This document shows, piece by piece, positions 41,801-54,856 of a stretch of DNA of 64,000 nucleotides. The notes below the pieces were generated by a model that saw only the letters and a list, made by a program, of their open reading frames with translations, was not told where the DNA came from and ran no database searches. Position numbers and translations under genes: made by a program. Numbering within the stretch: position 1 is the first letter of the stretch; every line of letters starts with the position of its first letter. Origin of the DNA: Iphione sp. A-MEVVRFRX5 (Eukaryota); the NCBI GenBank assembly GCA_976226885.1, contig OZ320315.1, positions 63,426,001 to 63,490,000 on the forward strand, read 5' to 3'.

Positions 41801-44800
41801 AGTTTACATTAATATAAATGTCACATATGCTTGAAATACGGATCCAACAGTATAGTGTGAACAGATTTTCAATTCCTTTTATACAGACAGGACAGAAGAT
41901 ATGATAGGGATTAGCTGATGGTGTTGAGAGTTTACCATGGCCTTAGTCCTGATGGTATGAATTCGTAGTGTTGTCAGTTGACAGTGGTGCAAGTAGTGAG
42001 GAGATGTCGGTGAATTTACGTTGGTTATGATCTCAACCTTCTTGTACTGCCCCACCATTCCAGGAGATGAATGGACTTGAAGTTGACGTGAGAACCTTGT
42101 ATGGTTGTACTTGCTTGTAATTGCTTTTCTACTTGACACCATTTTTGTATAACTGACTATTACTTTAGGTTCAGAACAGGCCCTCCTCATGACCCGGTCA
42201 ACCTTCTGTTTGGGCCCCATATTCTCCTTAGGGGTCCGAGCCCGACCGAAGTACTGAATACTAAGTATTCAAAAATGGCGGGGATCTGGGCGTTGGTTCT
42301 TGAGGGGTCAAGACCCTTGGGACGTCAGGTCCCCCAAAAGGCAGAAGAGGTGGATTTGTTCCTGGAAAAGACCCAAAAGGAAAGGAAGACATTCGCTCTG
42401 GTGTACGAGCTGGGTACGAGTAGGTGTAATTGTCGGGGCATTGTGGCGGGGCACTGGGTTGAAAGCCTGAGATTGATAGGTCCGACCCGTCGATGAGATT
42501 TCAACTAAGACGTTCAGACTGGCAGCTGCGGTCCTTTGGAAGGGAAGGCAGCGGTTGCCTTGGCCTAGGTAATTAGAGCGCGGATGCCATGCACGTCTTG
42601 AATTCTGGCTATGATTAGATATCAGGATTAGAAGTTGAACTCATTCTTAGCTGTGTTATGTTACCAGACAATGGCTAGTCCCTAGGGGTACCATGAAATG
42701 GAATGATTATGTCTGAAGCCATAGTATCAGCAGTCCTATTACTAGAAGGATATGTACAAAGGATACAGTGGCCCGTGGCGAACGTGAAAGGGACCGTAGT
42801 ACGAAAGGGTTATATTTGCAGGAGAGGGGGGAGGGTTCATATCACCAATGGTAAGGGTACCACAGGGTTTTAGTTCATGAATATATGTTAGGAGATTTCA
42901 TTTATTCATGCCCTTGGAGTCACAAGTTTTGAGACGGAATAGAATGACATAGTGAACTCACTGCCTTTGCAAATGGGAGAGAGGAGGAGGAGAAAAAAGG
43001 CCTTTTCCTAACCAAGCACGCGCCCCGGCTTCTTCAACAGCGTAACAAGCGTCGGTGCTGGCTGCTGCAATTTGGCAGCCATTTGATGAGGGATAATTGT
43101 GGTTTACGCCCATCGATTGCGCACAACAAATGTGTAACATTGATCAGATAAATTGAGGGCGGTTTCCCACTATCGCCCGCAATCCTTGTGGAATTTCCTG
43201 ATTATTTTGCTACTATTTGCCTCCGAACCCGTAAGTACCTTTCCATAACCGGTACTTTTCCTCCATAAATTGAGACTTTAGCGACCACTTTGTTTTAGCA
43301 TGCAAGAAGCTACTTGTTCACCACTAGTCGACCTGGCAGAATGGATGCAGTTGCTCCAAAGTTCTTCTAAGATATTTCCTTCCGAAGAAAGGTTCTTTCG
43401 TGAGCAAGGCTTAACGCGCCTGGTATACAGATATAAATTGTAAACCATATGGATATTCTTCCCTCCCCCCTTTCACCGTTATAACCTTCTGGCAGATCTG
43501 CTATCAATTGTTTTCGAAAGGACGTCCCCTGCCTGTCCGATGGGTATTATTTAATGCACATAATGATAGGTTTGGCAGGCTTTGGGGAAATGCCCAGCAG
43601 AGCGGGCCGTTCCGCTGGGGCATTGTTAGTCAACTCTGTTACAACACAGGGACCTGTTCTGCTCGCTGTACGTCACCGTGACAAGGTAATGCGGGGAAGG
43701 AGTGGCAGGAAGGCCAGAAGAGGGAGCGTGCAGGAAGGTAGGTAGACGGAGGACGGGGTGCGACGTAAGGGGGAGGGGGGCTAGCGGATATGGGGGTTTG
43801 AAATGGGAAGGAAGGAGCATATGGAGATCGGAGTAGAAAAGAGAGAGATACAAAGGTATAGGTGGTGAAGAATGCGGATAGGAGTAAGAAGAACGAGAGA
43901 AAGTGGATAAGGAGTTTAGGATGTACTCTGAGGGAATATGATAGAAGGATGTGTGCCCGTGGGGTTGGTTATCATAGGATGGACATGGTGTACAGGCAGC
44001 ATTTGATAGAGAAGCTGTAATGGTATACCAGAGGATGGCGCCCAGATAGAGGATAAATAAAATGAGGCAGAGACAGACGGACAGATAGACAGACAGGGAG
44101 AGAGAGTAGAAGAGAAGGCATTGGGCCCCTACCCGCACGCAAATATATATAATCGGAGGGAATGAGGTTAGGGTGCAGACAGGCAGGCAGGCAGGCAGGC
44201 AGGGAAGAGAGGACGGGGTTTGGTGAGGGAGCTAGACAGGGGGCAGCAGTTTAAGCGATGGCCTCCACCTCGCCGACGTCCGCCTACCTTTTCTCCATTT
44301 GTCACGGCTGTATCGATCCGACTCAGCGCGTTAATGTCGCGGGCATGGCGTGTTCAAACAGAGAGGCTTTCAGTGTCAAATAGCCGAGCGTGGCCTTCAA
44401 CAATGCTGGGTCCCGCAGGGCGCTGTTATATGCCAATAACCTGTCATGCATGTATTCAGAAGGTAGAGACAATAGACTTGGCACAGGACCTACGGGTGGC
44501 TTTTCACCTCCATATAAGGGGGTTTGTGTATATGTATGCCTTCCGAAGGACCCCAAGTTATTAATACCGCAGGTAGGTATGCTAGGCTTAACAGGTTCAT
44601 AAGTGTTAACAATTCATACCTGCGGTGTACCTACGACAGGACGAAATAATTCAGTATCCAAAACTCCCCTGCTAATCTAGTCCTTGGATAGTTTATAATT
44701 TATATTTTTCAGTCCACTTCAGGACCCACATTTCCTTCTTGTAATACTAGTTCATTCTAACGAATATGCCAATTTATGCAAGCTGTTACGGACGATGTTC

Positions 44801-47800
44801 AGATAGATACCGATAGTACGTGTACATGTGACATACGGTATGCTTGTAGCGATGGTCATGTGCACAATAGCCTGAGCGTGATGCAAATTGTTTTGCTAGA
44901 CTGTCATGTCTTAATACAAACCCCTATCATATGTAACGCAATTACATATATATAACAGATATAAACCTGGTAACATGCAGGTCGATCTCGGATCTTGGTT
45001 ATCATAATTTGAGCAACTACCGAAACGGGTACGTCCATGAATTTACATTTACAAGGATATTTACTTTTTCACTTAAAATGTTCCACAGAGCTAAAACCTG
45101 ACAACATTGCATCGATAAATATGTTACATCATTAGATCGATCAATATATTATACATATATAAAGATATTTACTCAGAAGCCGTACAGGCACACTGCGCGT
45201 TTTTCTCTCATGCTTCTAGGAACCATGTAACTTCTTTCTAAAAGACGTTACCCAATGCCTGAACAGAAGTGTACACATACACCATTTAATGGGCCCGTCA
45301 TTGATGGGTAGCATGCAATAGTGTGGACAAGCCTGGGCAGGCCCGAATAGTATGTAACTATTTGGCGTCTCCACCCTCAGCTATAAATAACAGTGGGTTC
45401 TATATTTGTATAATGTTATCGTCACCCGACACCAACCCCATATGCTCTATACTACTTACGACTGTACCTCGTTAGGGTCTATTCCCACAAGCCAGCCAAG
45501 CCAGGTTGTAGGAATCAAAACAATCGATTGCCTCCTGTATACCTACTTATGTAGGCACAATACACACAGAATCTACCAAACAACGGACCTTAGTAACGCG
45601 TAGGACGGTAGCCAGGCTTTCGTCCATACAGAATTAAACATAGTGATATAGACGTTCATTTACGCATCGTCTTCAGTTACCTGCCTTTAACTTTTAACCT
45701 TTTGTCTCAGATCACCATGCACGATGGCAGTATTAGCAACCACCATGGTCGATGTGTCGTAAGTTACCTACGATAGGCAGATGGTTGAGCATGTGCTGGA
45801 ACATATTATTATTGTACATCGTATCGAAAAAGAACGTATGGCTGATGGCATGTGCGTGTACAAAAGAATGGAAAAGCAAACATCAGCTTGCATGAATAAC
45901 ACACACATTCGTGAACATGCATGCAGTAAGCATCAGCTGTACTGACAGGTACGTCAGATACAGGAATACACATACTCATATGAGCATATATTTACTTCTG
46001 TATATGTGTAGGCACATACTGTCATACGTAGGGATACACACACATATTCGTAGATTTTTTACTTACATAAATAGACATAGATCGACAGAGATACAACTAT
46101 ACCCATACACACCGGTCTGTAAACACGAAACCTGCAGATACATTCATACGCACATACAAACATGGACACATATACGCCGACTGATATCAACCGTGGACTC
46201 ATTTTTTAGTCTCCTCACGGGAGGTCCCTACTTATCACGAGAGACTTTTACTTCCTCTGCGTGCCACACGTGATATAAACCATGGCTTTTGTGGTTCCCT
46301 TTCAATCTTACCATACTTCGCCATTCGTGTTTCGAGCAAAATAGACAATTTTAAACGTCATGATATAATTTGTTTTCAGTTTAAGAAACAATCAAGTATC
46401 GACATGAGATACTCGATACTATTCAATATATCTTCCTTCCATCTAGTTCACGTGTCACCACCGTTTGTTGTACAGTTTAACTTGCTTAAAAGCGCTGACT
46501 AACTAAACAATCATTTATGGGGAAATATCATCTCCATGGAGTACCTGATGAATTAGGCTCGTGTCTTTGTTGATTTTGTCGATAGTTGCCCCATGCCTTG
46601 TATAAATTGATTGCCACGCTCCACGGTCTAAGCAGTTGGAGAGGCGGGTTTAGGTGTTGAAAGGTCCCAGACACCTAGGGTATTGATCAGGGTGCTGTTA
46701 GTCATTATCAGTGCTGACCTGGTGTCCGTGGCACAGGCACGATTACCTGAGTCAATGTCCACTTTGCCTCTACTACTTCCAGACCCTCTGCCTCTCCACA
46801 TATTTTCAAATAGTAGCTGAGGGTCCTGGTATGCATATTGAAATCCCGGTGACAAACAAGGAGAATTTCTGTATAATCGTCTCTGCTTTATCTCGGTACA
46901 TGAACATATGGTGACGGCTGAAGAAGTCCTTTCCGTTGGGAAGCATGCACAGAGGCAAAATCTATTCTATAAATGTCAGTACCTCTCCAGATTATTATCA
47001 TCGTAGTTTATTAATTTTAAGGAATGGTACTATTTTGAAATCTTTAATGACTCCCCTTATGCTGCTATTCCTTATTCACTCAAAAGTCCTGATTCTCATG
47101 TGTTTAAGGGTTGCCCCTTTTCTGCCACAGGAGGAAATTGCTTACATTAAGGTTCCACATCTTGTCTTCTTTCGTTAACACCAAGTGACGTATGTTGGTG
47201 AAGGCTAAAGCTAGAGGTCTCAGCTGGCTTCAGAAGCGGTGACTTTGTCCGTCCACACCCTCTCACCTATATAGCTTAAACACCCTCCCACCAACACTTC
47301 CACCCCTTTCATCAGCCGCGACCTATCCAACCTACTGAACCCTTGCTGCGCGGCCCACCCACTACCGGGCTCAAGACGGAAACCTATGCACCTGCACCCC
47401 CACTGCCCGAAAATAACTCCTTAAACCCAAATGCTCGGTAGAAATGCTAACATAAAGGAAAGAGGGCGAAGACAGAGGAGTGTTTCTACTGCACTGTTGT
47501 TGTATATCTTTTATCGACTTTCTGATTTCTCCTTGCACATACCCAGGCACATTTACGATATCAAAGTTTGTCAGTTGGAGTGAGAGGGAGAGGGAGAGAA
47601 ACAATGCCAGAGAACTTGAGAGAAAGAGTGACAGAAAAACGAGTACATAGAGGGAGAATTAAAAGGCTCACAGTTGCCTGTGTCATTTGCAGACATTTTC
47701 ACAGTCAGATACACATACACACCTCAACAGTGGATGCCTACAAACACTCCAAGAAAGTGTTCTGGCCCTACCCGATGCAGCTGACAAGGCTTTTACGGTC

Positions 47801-49453
47801 TCTGTCATGTACACACATCTGCTCCCTCTCGTCCCCTTTCTCACCAACAACAACTAGGTAGACAAGTAATAAAGCAGGCAAAATACATCGACTGAGAGAG
47901 GAACAGAAGTAATTGCCTCTCACATAGCAAGCCGAAGGGTATTCCTCTCCGTAGACCAGTGTTTTGTATGTGTCACTCTTTCACCCTAACGTTTCTCTTT
48001 TTTTTCTCTCCTGCTCTTCCTTCCCTATCTCTCTCTTGTCTCATTCCCTCTGTCATCCATCCCGTTCGTACTCTCTATTTTTTCGCCATGTGTATACGCA
48101 TATAAACTGTACAAAGAATACCTTTCAGTGCCTCACACATAGACTAACCTAGTAGGCCTCTCAGACTTGAGTCCATTTATGAAAGTCTCAGTGGAGCGTG
48201 TGCTGCTCAGTTCTCTCAACCTTGATGTGATTGTCGTCCGGCTTTCTGTCCACCCATAAGTAGACATGATAGATCTGCCTCCCAGGTACTCTATAGCCCC
48301 CACTCAATGCAAGAGCATTCGTGGAATGACCTGACTTGTTATGTTATCGATAATACGTTTGTGGTCCATTTTGGTGACTGATTGGTGAATATTAAATAAT
48401 ATCTAATGATCAAGTGACGTGTATAGATCTTTGCTATGCTTGTTCGAGAACTCAAGGGGACGTGTCTGGATATTCTGGATATGAATATGGATTTTTAGAT
48501 CAGTGTAAAAATTAGTTTATGCGCGCTTATACGGTGAATATATACGGTGCGAATATATACGGTAGGAGTATATATATACATATATATCAAAAGCTATTTT
48601 AACAGGTTTTGTTTTATGAAAAAAAAACAATAATCTTGGTATGCGAATGCCGGCATGTGAATTTTCAAGTCTTGAAGGCATCATAAATTTCATCTTTAAT
48701 GTATCTGTCACATCTGTATTTATACTTGCGTCTTTCAACCTTAGAAGCCGGTGCCTGTGGCTCCAGCTAGCCCGGCTACCTGGAGCCAGGTACCGCGAGA
48801 CTTGCCCCTGCTCTCTCGTGGGAGGAGATACTCTAACCAAAGGTCTGCTCTAGGTTATGTGATGCTTCAGGGGGCCCTGCTTCGGTGTGGGAGGAGATGG
48901 CTATAATCAGAGCGGAGCTCCTAGCACTTGAGAGGTAATCACCAGGGAGGGCATGTCAACACTGTTACACCTGACACGCACCGAGGGGGGTGGGGTGCGG
49001 GGGTCACATGAAGAGCGGCTGTTGCGCGTACCTCCCCATTCTCCCGAGTCTCGTCTCCGGCGGGGACGTGATTTTTTTTCATATGAATCTCTTTCTAGCA
49101 CCTAGATTGCTCGTTAGGTGACAGGACCAGACGGCCGGGGCTCTAGGTAGCCTTTTAACTTATGCCCCTTGAGTAGAGAGAGGTACGTGACAGGACCCGC
49201 GGCTGGTGTTAATTCTATCGGGAGTTCGGCTGTATTATTTATTCAACATGGTCACAGTATTAGGATCAAAGCACTCACGTTTCGAATATATTTACGTTTT
49301 AGACGTCTTATGTTCTAAATACATAAAAGAATGAGACAGGTGAGAGAGATGGATGAAGAGAAGAATCTCCTCTCTACCGTTCTCTTTCTATAAACCTCTC
49401 ATTTGTCATTTCTCTCTTTCTTTCTCCCTATCTCTACTACTTCTTGTGCTCCC

Positions 49454-49458
<5 letters not shown>

Positions 49459-49502
<44 letters not shown>
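49459..49502. repeat. (TC)22 microsatellite
   Basis: Read directly from the sequence. Confidence 0.95.
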
Positions 49503-49506
<4 letters not shown>

Positions 49507-50047
49507 ATGATATCCACCTGTACATGTAAATGAGGGCACCGGATATGTGGGTAAGTGCGTGTGCTTGAGTGTTGGGCGCCGTTTAATGGTGCCCTCTACA
49601 GGTGAGGAGAGAACCCATTAGCGATGGACGCAGAGAGACCGAGGCCCAATTAACCCAGGAATGAACGCGCGCGGGCAGCCTCGTTATGAGAGCAATGATA
49701 AATAGGGCGGTGCAGGGCCGACAGGCGGATGGCCCAGTGATACATGCCAAGCCACGACGTCTGACGGATTGCCGCACCACTTCCAATGTAACCTGTGAGC
49801 CTCCGGCGCATGCGTAGTTTAATGATTTGGAGGCAAGAGGAGGGGGGCGGCGTTGGGGTGGGGTGGGATGGCTGATAGATTGGTGTATATTATGGTTTGT
49901 GGTTAAGCATAGTTGGCATGACTATTAAGGTCAAGGTAAGCGGTCAGCATCAGTAGCTTGGCTACTTTCAGTCTGGAGGTGTTATTAGTCTCTGGTCATA
50001 GGGACTTAAACTTTTAAGTATTGCCATCTGCCCCTCGGACCAAAGGG

Positions 50048-50193
50048 ATTAGCGATGGGAACCTACTACGAGTGCCAAGGACTCAGCGCGAAGCCCGAGA
50101 GGCTTGGTCCAGTCTGCCGCAGGCAGACGGGACCAAGCCTCGAGGGCTGAGCGCTGAGTCCTTGGCACTCGTAATAAGGTTCCCATCGCTAAT
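50048..50193 (+). other. 146-bp terminal hairpin, copy 1 (65 Watson-Crick pairs, G.A mismatches, GCA triloop)
   Basis: Paired by hand from the outside in: 17-bp stem, bulged A, 1 bp, C.A, 23-bp stem, tandem GA/GA, 5 bp, tandem GA/GA, 12 bp, A.G, 7 bp, loop GCA (50119-50121). Confidence 0.95.
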
Positions 50194-50598
50194 TGCTGTT
50201 CTGATATGGTTTTATTCACATTAAAATTAGCTAATTCAAAGTGAAAATCAACCTTCGCTTACTTGGCCGCCATCTTGAGTATCTAGTCTCATTCAGTATA
50301 GAAGCTGCAATTCTATTGGCTAATTCAAAATGCGTAATTATTTTTTTATTTTATCTACAGTACACAATTTCGTTGTATTTTTAATTGTTATGTAATAAAA
50401 CAGTTTTTAAAACAGTTCAATATTTTTATTGTCCACATTTGATGAACTTTATCCAGTATGTGAAAAAAAGGATTTTCATTATAACATGACATTGCGTGAT
50501 CATAACATGTGGCGCCAACTAACAACTCCGCCAAGTATACTGCGTAGTTTTCACTGGAAAGGAAGCTGTGAAAGTCACATTGTGATAGTCAATATGAT

Positions 50599-51701
50599 TT
50601 ATCTGAAGTTAAATGTGCAATTATTGAAAGTGTTGGATCCAGAAAGAAGGGCTGCCATAGCATTCACAGTGGTGGATGCACTCGGTTCTCTTGTAGACTG
50701 TGTCGACAGCATCACGCTTGATTCCGTTGTGACAATTTCCCCCTCTGATGACGAGTGGCTGTATGTTGCTAATGTTTTCGACATCTCTCGGCGGACTTCT
50801 GAGGTGACTCCTCCTCTGTAGACATCAAGTGAGGCTGCACTCTTGTGTCCCGTGATCGCCTGGATTTTTTCGGATGAGAAGCCTGCGACATCTAACGCTG
50901 TAACACAAGTACGCCGAATACAGTGATTCGTGTACTGTTTGCTTAGGCCTGCATCAACACTCATCTCCTTCATCATGTTGTGAAGGGTGTTCACTCCAAG
51001 AACTTGATTGGCGAACCAGGGACCATCTCCACTTGGAATGGACTTGTTAGGACGTTGGAAGAAGAATTCATTGTTCTTGTTCAACTTTGCCATATATTTC
51101 TGGAAGTGTCTGACTGGACATCGACTTGGATTCCCAGGAGTTTCATACATTCTTCTATCAGTGTCAGACTCATCATCGTTGAGCCCAGACTTTGTCTTTT
51201 CCGCCTCCCAGTGCGTCATGGTTACGTACTTGGCACCGGATCCATCTTCCTTTACCTCGAATGAATTCTTCTTTAATTGGCGGAGTCCCTCTCTACCACG
51301 TCGTCCGTAGTGGAGCATGATTTCGAAGAAAACTCTTCGTTGGAGCCCTTTTGGTGTGTCTGTGAAGGCGTGAGTATAGAGCTTCTCAATGTCCTCAGGG
51401 TCAATTAATTCTTTGTGAGTGGTACGATCCAAACCTTCATTACGTAATTTGGCAAGGTAACCTGAATAAGTTGCGTTGCTCTGACGAAAAGCTGTATCTG
51501 TCAAAATGTTGATTCTGCGGTTGTGTGGGGGGCTGCAAAGGTGGCGTTGTATGCCTGCACGAATGTTCTTCATGGCAGATTTACTGTAGAATTCGCCAGT
51601 CTTGCTACGCACAACTGTATAAAACTGCTCAAGTTTTATAGCCAATATATCATCATCCAAGTGCTCAAAGTTACTGTCATCACCGACCTCTACAAGCCAC
51701 T
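50599..51701 (-). CDS. Crypton tyrosine recombinase (DUF3504-like), exon 2, copy 1
   Basis: Acceptor tttccAG at 51703-51702. The spliced frame gives TKWAVRIFKEWL...FYTVVRSKTGEFYS. Catalytic set present: GRRGRE (R), NHCIRRT (HxxR), TGHKS (H), LDVY (Y). Total 484 aa. Confidence 0.9.
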
Positions 51702-51853
51702 CTGGAAATATATATAAACGGGAAAATAATAATGGTTAGGGAATTCCTTTATTCTTTTCCCTCAAAAATACAAACTCCACATCGCTAAGGCATATTTTTG
51801 ACAACGTTTTTGTGATGTTTGCTTGCTTTCTAAGAGAAGGAATTCTCATTTAC

Positions 51854-52205
51854 CTTTGAATATGCGGACTGCCCACTTAGTTTGCAGTTCTGTACTGTGA
51901 CGGGTACGGTTCCTCTTCATTTCGTCTATTTCAGCCTCAGATGGCATGTGGAATCTCTTCTTTTCCTCATCTTTTTCCTCTTCTGACGTTGGGGGGCTGG
52001 CTGGGCATGCACTTTCATTCATTTCAACGTCATCAATTTTCTCCAGCTGCTCACGGTTCGCAGTCTCCTTCTGGTTAGTTTCAACATCTTCAATCACAAA
52101 GAGGTGGTAGGGGAAGATCGTTGGTCGATATTTGGAGATTACCAGAAATATTCTGTCCTTAAAAAGCACTAAATCACCGATTTCAATGCTCTGTGACTCT
52201 GCCAT
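51854..52205 (-). CDS. Crypton tyrosine recombinase, exon 1 (117 codons plus 1 nt), copy 1
   Basis: ATG at 52205 and donor AAAG|GTAAAT at 51853; a 152-nt intron joins it in frame to exon 2. Confidence 0.85.
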
Positions 52206-52300
52206 TGTGTATGTTAAAGATCGTCTGCTATTGTCGCTCCCCTGTTTTTAACCAATCAGAGTCCACAGAATAGCACTTCCGTTTCCAGTGTAAACAATAC
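52206..52300 (-). promoter_or_regulatory. Putative promoter of the recombinase gene
   Basis: CCAATCA box and tandem ETS-like CACTTCCGTTTCC(A/G)G directly upstream of the ATG; the same in the other copies. Confidence 0.45.
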
Positions 52301-52698
52301 GAACGTTGCACACTTTTTCCTGGATTAAGTGAAATTATTGCTTTCTTTGCACTGAGCTATGTACAAAACATCACATCTTATGTACCAAGGTTCTATAGGT
52401 ATAATACTTTATCATTATAATTATTTAAAATGATTTTAACCTTGTCTGAACATTTGAAGCGGTGAACAAAATGGCGTCTTTCTGCTTCCCATTCATTCAG
52501 AGAACAGGTGCGTTTGATTATCCAATTAAATTTTATGTTACTTTATGGAATGTGTGCTGAGCCATCTGACCCGTTCACTCAATTGGCAATGCTATAAGAT
52601 AGCAGTATCACTCCCCACCATATTAGAACTTCTGACAATCCAGCTGACTGCGCAGATCTTGAACATTTGTGAATTTGCTTTCTACTTGGGCCAAAGGG

Positions 52699-52844
52699 AT
52701 TAGCGATGGGAACCTACTACGAGTGCCAAGGACTCAGCGCGAAGCCCGAGAGGCTTGGTCCAGTCTGCCGCAGGCAGACGGGACCAAGCCTCGAGGGCTG
52801 AGCGCTGAGTCCTTGGCACTCGTAATAAGGTTCCCATCGCTAAT
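52699..52844 (+). other. 146-bp terminal hairpin, copy 2
   Basis: Same sequence as 50048-50193. Confidence 0.95.
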
Positions 52845-53249
52845 TGCTGTTCTGATATGGTTTTATTCACATTAAAATTAGCTAATTCAAAGTGAAAATC
52901 AACCTTCGCTTACTTGGCCGCCATCTTGAGTATCTAGTCTCATTCAGTATAGAAGCTGCAATTCTATTGGCTAATTCAAAATGCGTAATTATTTTTTTAT
53001 TTTATCTACAGTACACAATTTCGTTGTATTTTTAATTGTTATGTAATAAAACAGTTTTTAAAACAGTTCAATATTTTTATTGTCCACATTTGATGAACTT
53101 TATCCAGTATGTGAAAAAAAGGATTTTCATTATAACATGACATTGCGTGATCATAACATGTGGCGCCAACTAACAACTCCGCCAAGTATACTGCGTAGTT
53201 TTCACTGGAAAGGAAGCTGTGAAAGTCACATTGTGATAGTCAATATGAT

Positions 53250-54352
53250 TTATCTGAAGTTAAATGTGCAATTATTGAAAGTGTTGGATCCAGAAAGAAG
53301 GGCTGCCATAGCATTCACAGTGGTGGATGCACTCGGTTCTCTTGTAGACTGTGTCGACAGCATCACGCTTGATTCCGTTGTGACAATTTCCCCCTCTGAT
53401 GACGAGTGGCTGTATGTTGCTAATGTTTTCGACATCTCTCGGCGGACTTCTGAGGTGACTCCTCCTCTGTAGACATCAAGTGAGGCTGCACTCTTGTGTC
53501 CCGTGATCGCCTGGATTTTTTCGGATGAGAAGCCTGCGACATCTAACGCTGTAACACAAGTACGCCGAATACAGTGATTCGTGTACTGTTTGCTTAGGCC
53601 TGCATCAACACTCATCTCCTTCATCATGTTGTGAAGGGTGTTCACTCCAAGAACTTGATTGGCGAACCAGGGACCATCTCCACTTGGAATGGACTTGTTA
53701 GGACGTTGGAAGAAGAATTCATTGTTCTTGTTCAACTTTGCCATATATTTCTGGAAGTGTCTGACTGGACATCGACTTGGATTCCCAGGAGTTTCATACA
53801 TTCTTCTATCAGTGTCAGACTCATCATCGTTGAGCCCAGACTTTGTCTTTTCCGCCTCCCAGTGCGTCATGGTTACGTACTTGGCACCGGATCCATCTTC
53901 CTTTACCTCGAATGAATTCTTCTTTAATTGGCGGAGTCCCTCTCTACCACGTCGTCCGTAGTGGAGCATGATTTCGAAGAAAACTCTTCGTTGGAGCCCT
54001 TTTGGTGTGTCTGTGAAGGCGTGAGTATAGAGCTTCTCAATGTCCTCAGGGTCAATTAATTCTTTGTGAGTGGTACGATCCAAACCTTCATTACGTAATT
54101 TGGCAAGGTAACCTGAATAAGTTGCGTTGCTCTGACGAAAAGCTGTATCTGTCAAAATGTTGATTCTGCGGTTGTGTGGGGGGCTGCAAAGGTGGCGTTG
54201 TATGCCTGCACGAATGTTCTTCATGGCAGATTTACTGTAGAATTCGCCAGTCTTGCTACGCACAACTGTATAAAACTGCTCAAGTTTTATAGCCAATATA
54301 TCATCATCCAAGTGCTCAAAGTTACTGTCATCACCGACCTCTACAAGCCACT
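53250..54352 (-). CDS. Crypton tyrosine recombinase, exon 2, copy 2
   Basis: Same translation as copy 1. Confidence 0.9.
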
Positions 54353-54504
54353 CTGGAAATATATATAAACGGGAAAATAATAATGGTTAGGGAATTCCTT
54401 TATTCTTTTCCCTCAAAAATACAAACTCCACATCGCTAAGGCATATTTTTGACAACGTTTTTGTGATGTTTGCTTGCTTTCTAAGAGAAGGAATTCTCAT
54501 TTAC

Positions 54505-54856
54505 CTTTGAATATGCGGACTGCCCACTTAGTTTGCAGTTCTGTACTGTGACGGGTACGGTTCCTCTTCATTTCGTCTATTTCAGCCTCAGATGGCATGT
54601 GGAATCTCTTCTTTTCCTCATCTTTTTCCTCTTCTGACGTTGGGGGGCTGGCTGGGCATGCACTTTCATTCATTTCAACGTCATCAATTTTCTCCAGCTG
54701 CTCACGGTTCGCAGTCTCCTTCTGGTTAGTTTCAACATCTTCAATCACAAAGAGGTGGTAGGGGAAGATCGTTGGTCGATATTTGGAGATTACCAGAAAT
54801 ATTCTGTCCTTAAAAAGCACTAAATCACCGATTTCAATGCTCTGTGACTCTGCCAT
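54505..54856 (-). CDS. Crypton tyrosine recombinase, exon 1, copy 2
   Basis: Same as copy 1. Confidence 0.85.

Larger units (their letters stand above)
50040..52629 (-). mobile_element. Crypton-type tyrosine-recombinase DNA transposon, copy 1 of 3
   Basis: Contains an intact tyrosine recombinase gene and a terminal hairpin; repeated with a 2651-bp period. Confidence 0.88.

Noticed and set aside
44456-44572. Peptides KVETIDLAQDLR and PKDPKL resembling the next PLC-beta exons
   Set aside because: The two matches are in different frames, lack convincing splice sites, and similarity stops at once; probably chance.
50021-50224. 67/68-aa ORFs across the hairpin
   Set aside because: GC-rich palindromic DNA lacks stops, and the start codons lie in non-shared flank or spacer sequence.
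50429-51717. Plus-strand ORFs inside the elements (130, 94, 100 and 64 aa, and their copies)
   Set aside because: They are antisense shadows of the recombinase gene, repeated only because the element is repeated, with no recognisable motifs.
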